Below are positions 59,177 to 64,000 of a stretch of DNA of 64,000 nucleotides, one piece after another. Each line of letters begins with the position of its first letter. The stretch's first letter is position 1. This DNA is from Protoeuglena noctilucae. Its lineage: Eukaryota. The position numbers and the translations under genes are program-made. The stretch lies in contig OY253681.1 of assembly GCA_958009085.1 (NCBI GenBank), positions 868,001 through 932,000 of the forward strand. The letters are read 5' to 3'. A model generated the notes under the pieces. The model was not told the DNA's origin. It made no database searches and saw only the letters and a list, made by a program, of their open reading frames with translations.

Positions 59177-62100
59177 ATGCAGGGCAACGGGAAGTCGACC
59201 TGGGCTTCGACGGACGGGCGCGGGGGCGCGGGGCCACGAAGCGGGGCCGGGGGCAGGGCCGGGACCGATCGGAGCGCCTCCGATGCCCTGGAAGCATACC
59301 TGCAGAACTTCGATGCCAAGCCCGCGGACCGAGCGCCGGCGATGCCCGCCCCGGCGCGGCCCGCGGCCCGGCCCCAGCCCCCGTCCCGTGCCGCGCCCGC
59401 CCCGTCAGCCACCGCGCCGCCTGCGCCGCCCGACGAGCCGCCCGAGGCGGCCGAACCGCGACCGAGCGGTCCTCTGCGCTTCCGCTCCGCCGCGCAGGAG
59501 CCCCCCGCGCCGCAGCGCGCGTCCCGCGGCCCGGCCAAGTGAGCGCAGCACTCGCCCCGCACGCTGTGGCTGCCCTGCCCCTGTCCCCGCCCTCCTGCGC
59601 CGCGCCGCGTATGTGCGAGTCCCTGAATCGTGCTTCCGCGCCACCCTTGCCCCACCTCTCCTCTTCCCAGGCCCTCGGGCGGCTTCAACTGGGCAGAGGT
59701 GGACCGTCAGCTGACGTTGGTCCCTGAGGTGTACCGTCGCCCCGACTTCGACGGCCTGCGTCAGCTGGTGACGGTGTTAACTGCGTTCGACACCGACAAG
59801 GCCCTCTCCCAGATCCAGGACCACCGCCGCCGCGTGGAGTCGCTGTTGGACGGCATTGTGCGGTCGCACCACGGGGGGTTCAGCCGGGCCATCCACAACT
59901 ACTCGGAGATCCTCAGGTGGGGGGTATGTGGAGAGAATATGTTGTGATGGTATAGATGTCTCCACCGGGGCCTTGTGTTAACTGCATGCAGCCCACTCTG
60001 CCGCACTTGTGTCCCCGCACCGTCATGCCAAGCCTCTCATTAAGTTCTTCACTCTCCCTGTCTCTACCCCCCAGGCTCTTCTCCGAGGCCCAGTCCCGCG
60101 TCAACGCCCTGAAGCGCGACCTGAGGGAGGGCCGGGCGCGCGTGGGCACCCACTCCTCGTCCCTGCAGCACCACTGGAGGGAGGCGGAGATGCTGAGGGA
60201 TGCTCTGAAGGAGCTGGGGGACATCGAGACGCACGCGGCGGCGCCGGCCAAGCTCACCGAAATGCTCAGGTGAGGATGTAGGTGGGAGTGGGGGGGTGGC
60301 TACGGAGTGGCGGAGGTAAGAGTTGGCTCCGTGGGAGTAGAAGAGGCTGCGAGGCATGCGTTCCTCGACCACCCACTGTATTACTCTCAACCATAGACAC
60401 CATGCAGCCACATCCACCCCTGTGCATGCCATGCACCTGTGTCACAGGCCCTCACGCACCTCGCACTCCACACCCCCCGCACCCTCCCAGGTCGGGCCAG
60501 GTCCTCCCCTGCATCGACCAGCTGGTCCGCACCTCCGCGTTCCTGGCACGGGACGAGATCCAGCGCATCCCCGCGCTGCTGGGGTTGCGGCACGAGATGG
60601 CAGCCATCAAAGCCAGGGTGGACGCCCAGTTACGCGCCGCGGTCAGGTGAGAGCTGCACTGTGGTTTGGAGCCAGGGTGGCTGTTGTTGTTACTCGTTGT
60701 TGGTCTTAATTTGACGACGTAAGAAAGCGCGTGTGTGAGGGTTCGGTATGGCCCACCCCTCGCTACCATCACCATCCACAACACCCCCCTTTCCTCCCCA
60801 TCCACTTACTCCCCCTCCCCCACACCTCCCCCATCGCAGCGACTGGCTGAGTTGGCCCGGCGTGGGCCCCCGCGGCCTCGTGGGCCGCACCCCCAGCACC
60901 CTCTCCCCCTCTCGCGTGGCCATGGCAGCCATGTACGACTCCGACGACGACGATCCCAACGCAGACGACTCTGGGCAAGACGACGAGGTCATGTCACCCG
61001 GGAAGGGAGTCACGAGAGGGGCGGACGGGGAGGGGGGGACGGGGGCGGGTGGGATAGGGCCGCCGCCGCTGAAGGGTCTGGTGGCGGGGGTGGGGCGGAC
61101 GGGGCCCCTGCGGCGGCTACTGCGGTGGGTGGAGGAGGATTTCGAGAGCGTGCTGGAGAGGGCGCTGGGGAGCGCGCTGGCGGACGTGGGGCCGGCGGGG
61201 GGGTGGGGCGGGGAGGGAGGGGGGTACGTGGCGGCGGGGCTGTCGGCAGCAGCGGTGGCGGCAGTGCAGAGATTTCTCCCCGAAGCACTAGCTGTGGCGG
61301 GGGAGGTGGCGCGGTGAGTGGTGGTGGTTGGGGGAGGTGGGGTGCGCTGTAGGGGGAGAGGTGAGGGGTGAGGGGTGAGGTATGGGAGTGGGGTAGCCAC
61401 TCGCTTCTCGCACCCACCCGCTCTCTTGCAACACGCTGGCCTGCCATTCCATTTAACAGCTACCCTTCTCTACCCCACACCCTCACCCCACAACTCATCC
61501 CACGTTCTCTCTCCCCATCCCATCCCCCCAGCCGTGTGGTGCGACTGATGACCGAGGTGGCCACGGCGGGCGCCCAGGTGCAGCCCAGCCGCGCCGTGAT
61601 GGCATTGGGGGACCGAGTGGTGGCAGACGACTCTCCCCAGTTAGGGCCGGGGGGTGCCACGTCCCCAGTGAGACCCGAGGAGGCAGTAGCAGAAATGCTC
61701 AAGGCATGGTCGGCGGTGCAAGCGGTGGTGGCGGAGGTGCTGGGGACGCTGATGGCGCCTGCGGACGCGGAGGCGAGGGCGGGGGCGGAGGGCGGCGGCG
61801 GGGGCGGGGCAAGGGCAGCGGGCGTGGGAGCGGGGGCGGGGGCGGGGGCAGGCAAGGCGGCGGGGGCGGCGTGGCGGCCGGGCGCCCGCGCGCGTCGCGC
61901 TTTCTCGATCGGAGTGGGCGCGGTCGCTGCGGAGAACGGCGCTGACGAGGAGGAGGGCGAGGGCCCTGCCTCGCGTGGTGGCCCCCCCTCGGCGCACCTG
62001 GTGTCGATGCTCTGCGCCAAGTTCCCCGCTCTGGAGGCCGACCGGGGGCCGGGGCTGCTACCCGCCATGTACCTGTGAGTCGACACGTGCTTGTGCGCTC

Positions 62101-64000
62101 TGCTTGTCACTTCATGTACCTGTGAGTCGACATCTGCTTGTCTCTTGTGTACCTGAGTCGCACTGCTGGTTGCCCCATGTACCTGTGGGTGTACGTGCCA
62201 TGTACTACACGGTTGTCAACAGCAACCTCCGACATCCCGTCATCATCTCCCACTCCTCCCTCCCCCTCCCTTCGCCCCCAGCCCCTCCCTCCAATTCCTC
62301 GACTCCCACTGGGACGTCGTGCGCCAGGCCGCCAAGCAGCTGAGCGTCCCCCTCGGCCCCACCAACGCAGCGGGGGAGCTCACCTTCTTCCCAGGCGTCC
62401 CCGTCTCCACCCTCCAGGCGTTTTTGTCAGCAGCCTCCCAGCAGGCGTTCCTGCCCTGGGCAGACGCCCACGTCCGCGCCCTCGTGGCCGCCGCCACCGA
62501 CCCACGCGGCAGCCTCCCCGCCAGGTTCACTGGTGTTATCCGGGACACCACTGTGATGGGAGCAGCGGCCGCCATTGCCGGCCGCCCCGCTCCAGCCGTC
62601 GCCCCCCGCCCCTCCCTCGGCCCCAACCCCGCGCCGTCTGTGGGCGCCCCGTCGGTGTCGAATGTCGACTCGCTTTCGCGACTCGCCCCGCCGGGCGCCG
62701 CCGGGCCCAGGCGCGGGGCGGGGTCGGCGTCGGCGTTAGAGGCCGCGGCGTGGGCAGCGCGGTCGGTCGAGGCGTGGGTGGCGGGGGTGCCGGACCAGCG
62801 CGACGCGCTGACAGCCGTGCTCAAGACGGCCGCGGGGCAGGTGGCGGCGGCGGCGCGGCAGGCGGCGGCGGCGCTGTCCGGGGGCACGCGTGCGGCGCGG
62901 CTGGCCGAGGAGCTGTCCGTGCACCTGGCTGCCGAGGAGGCGTCGCGGGTGGGAGGGTCCGAGTCGCACGCGGCGTCGTGCGCGGTGGCGGAGGCGGTGG
63001 TGGGGGGCGCGCCCGTGGGGCCGTCGGACGTGCAGGCGACGCCGCAGGGAGTGGTGGCGGTGGCGGCGCTGGGGGCAGCGGCGGAGGAGCTGAGCGGGAC
63101 GCTGGGCGCCGTGGGGTCGGTGTCGTTCATGGCCGCCGCCGTGCAGGCGCTGGGGCTGGGGGACCTGCTGCAAGGGGCGTGGCAGCCGCTGAGCGTGAGC
63201 CCGGAGAAGGGGCTGGTGCGCGTGGGGGCGGGGGTGCCGGGGATGGCCGAGGCGCTGAGGCCCGCGGCGGGTGAGGGAACGAGGATCGCTGATATGAGAG
63301 AGATTGGATATGGCGAGGGCTGGGGTTTGATGTAGATGGGGCGTGTCACTGGTGCATTGTGGGCGGACGGGATTGTTCACCCAGCATGGCACGAGCTCGC
63401 CAGTGCTTTGGCCGTGTGACCATTGACATGTAATGCCCTCCCCGCAGAGTCCCTCCGTCAGCTGGCCACGTCGCTGTTCCGCACCGCGCGCCTGGAGATG
63501 GCCTGCCGCACCGCGCTGCACCTGGAGCCCTGCGTGACCAAGCCCCATGGGGCAGCGCCCCTGGCCCCCGCGGTGGATGAGTCGGTGCTGAGGCTGCTGG
63601 CGTTTGCGGGGGCGGTGGCGTCTGGCATGAACGCGCTGCCGGCCATACGCGAGGGCGTGGCGCCGCAGGTGATGGGCCTGGTGGGGCCCGTCGCGGCCCA
63701 TGCGGTGGCGCACGGGGTGGCGCGGGCGCCGGAGGTCACGCCCGGGGGGGTGCAGCGGCTGCTGTGGAGCCTGGGGGCGCTGTCAAGGGCGCTGGAGGAG
63801 ATGCCGAGGTGGAAGGTGAGGGAGGTGGGAGAGATGAGATGAGTGAGAGATGAGAGATGCCGAGGTGGAAGGTGAGGGAGTGCGAGATGAGAGATGAGAA
63901 GAGATGCTTTGGTGGAAGGTGAGAGGGGCTTGAGAGTAGAAGAGATGAGAGGAGATGCCAGAGTGGAAGGCCGCACATTCCATAACACCACCAGCCCTCC
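59177..64000 (+). CDS. SEC8: exocyst subunit SEC8/EXOC4, 3' partial (last exon in window ends at 63815)
   Basis: FDGLRQLVTVLT..VESLLDGIVRSHHGGFSRAIHNYSEILR|LFSEAQSRVNALKRDLREGRARVG..LQHHW matches the plant Sec8 N-terminal domain. The C-terminal region is divergent. Confidence 0.88.

Noticed and set aside
1..64000. Non-standard genetic code (TAA/TAG read as Gln, as in some ulvophytes), since most genes end in TGA
   Set aside because: CDC20 ends in TAA right after the conserved IR tail, NRDE2 and Rab end in TAG, and I found no in-frame TAA/TAG in conserved exons.
1..64000. Hundreds of long overlapping or antisense ORFs in the ORF track
   Set aside because: These are expected shadows of high-GC coding sequence: Pro/Arg/Ala-rich, with no motifs and no splice logic.
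1..64000. Introner-like repeated intron family
   Set aside because: By eye, introns share composition and short motifs but no extended sequence similarity. A genome-wide all-vs-all comparison would be needed to exclude it fully.

Overview
This is a gene-dense, very GC-rich, intron-rich eukaryotic nuclear region, most consistent with a flagellated green alga (plant/chlorophyte-type CHR8, DRP3, SEC8 and plastid shikimate kinase; the lineage cannot be fixed from sequence alone). I reconstructed 16 spliced protein-coding genes by hand: CSB/ERCC6-like helicase (5' partial), an orphan gene, shikimate kinase, an LRRC74-like LRR protein, dynamin DRP3, a CFAP97-like/MYND protein, a NEK kinase, a stand-alone SRA/YDG protein, DBP7/DDX31, a Rab24-like GTPase, CDC20, a class-3 lipase (with a 200-N gap), a large TmcB-like multi-PAS membrane protein, NRDE2, IMP1-like peptidase and SEC8 (3' partial). 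I found no rRNA, tRNA, CRISPR array or autonomous transposon. The main observations are: (1) the NEK6/7-like kinase is fused in frame to what looks like a complete, diverged IFT57 domain, head-to-head with another putative ciliary gene; (2) at least 11 introns carry tandem 'echo' copies of their own exon/intron junction; (3) about 19 of roughly 120 introns use GC donors, almost all AG|GCGAG; (4) G/C skew oscillates in phase with splice sites, and introns fold back on themselves, including one ~180-nt hairpin. All family assignments come from motif recognition and recalled sequences, not database searches. Intron counts are hand counts.
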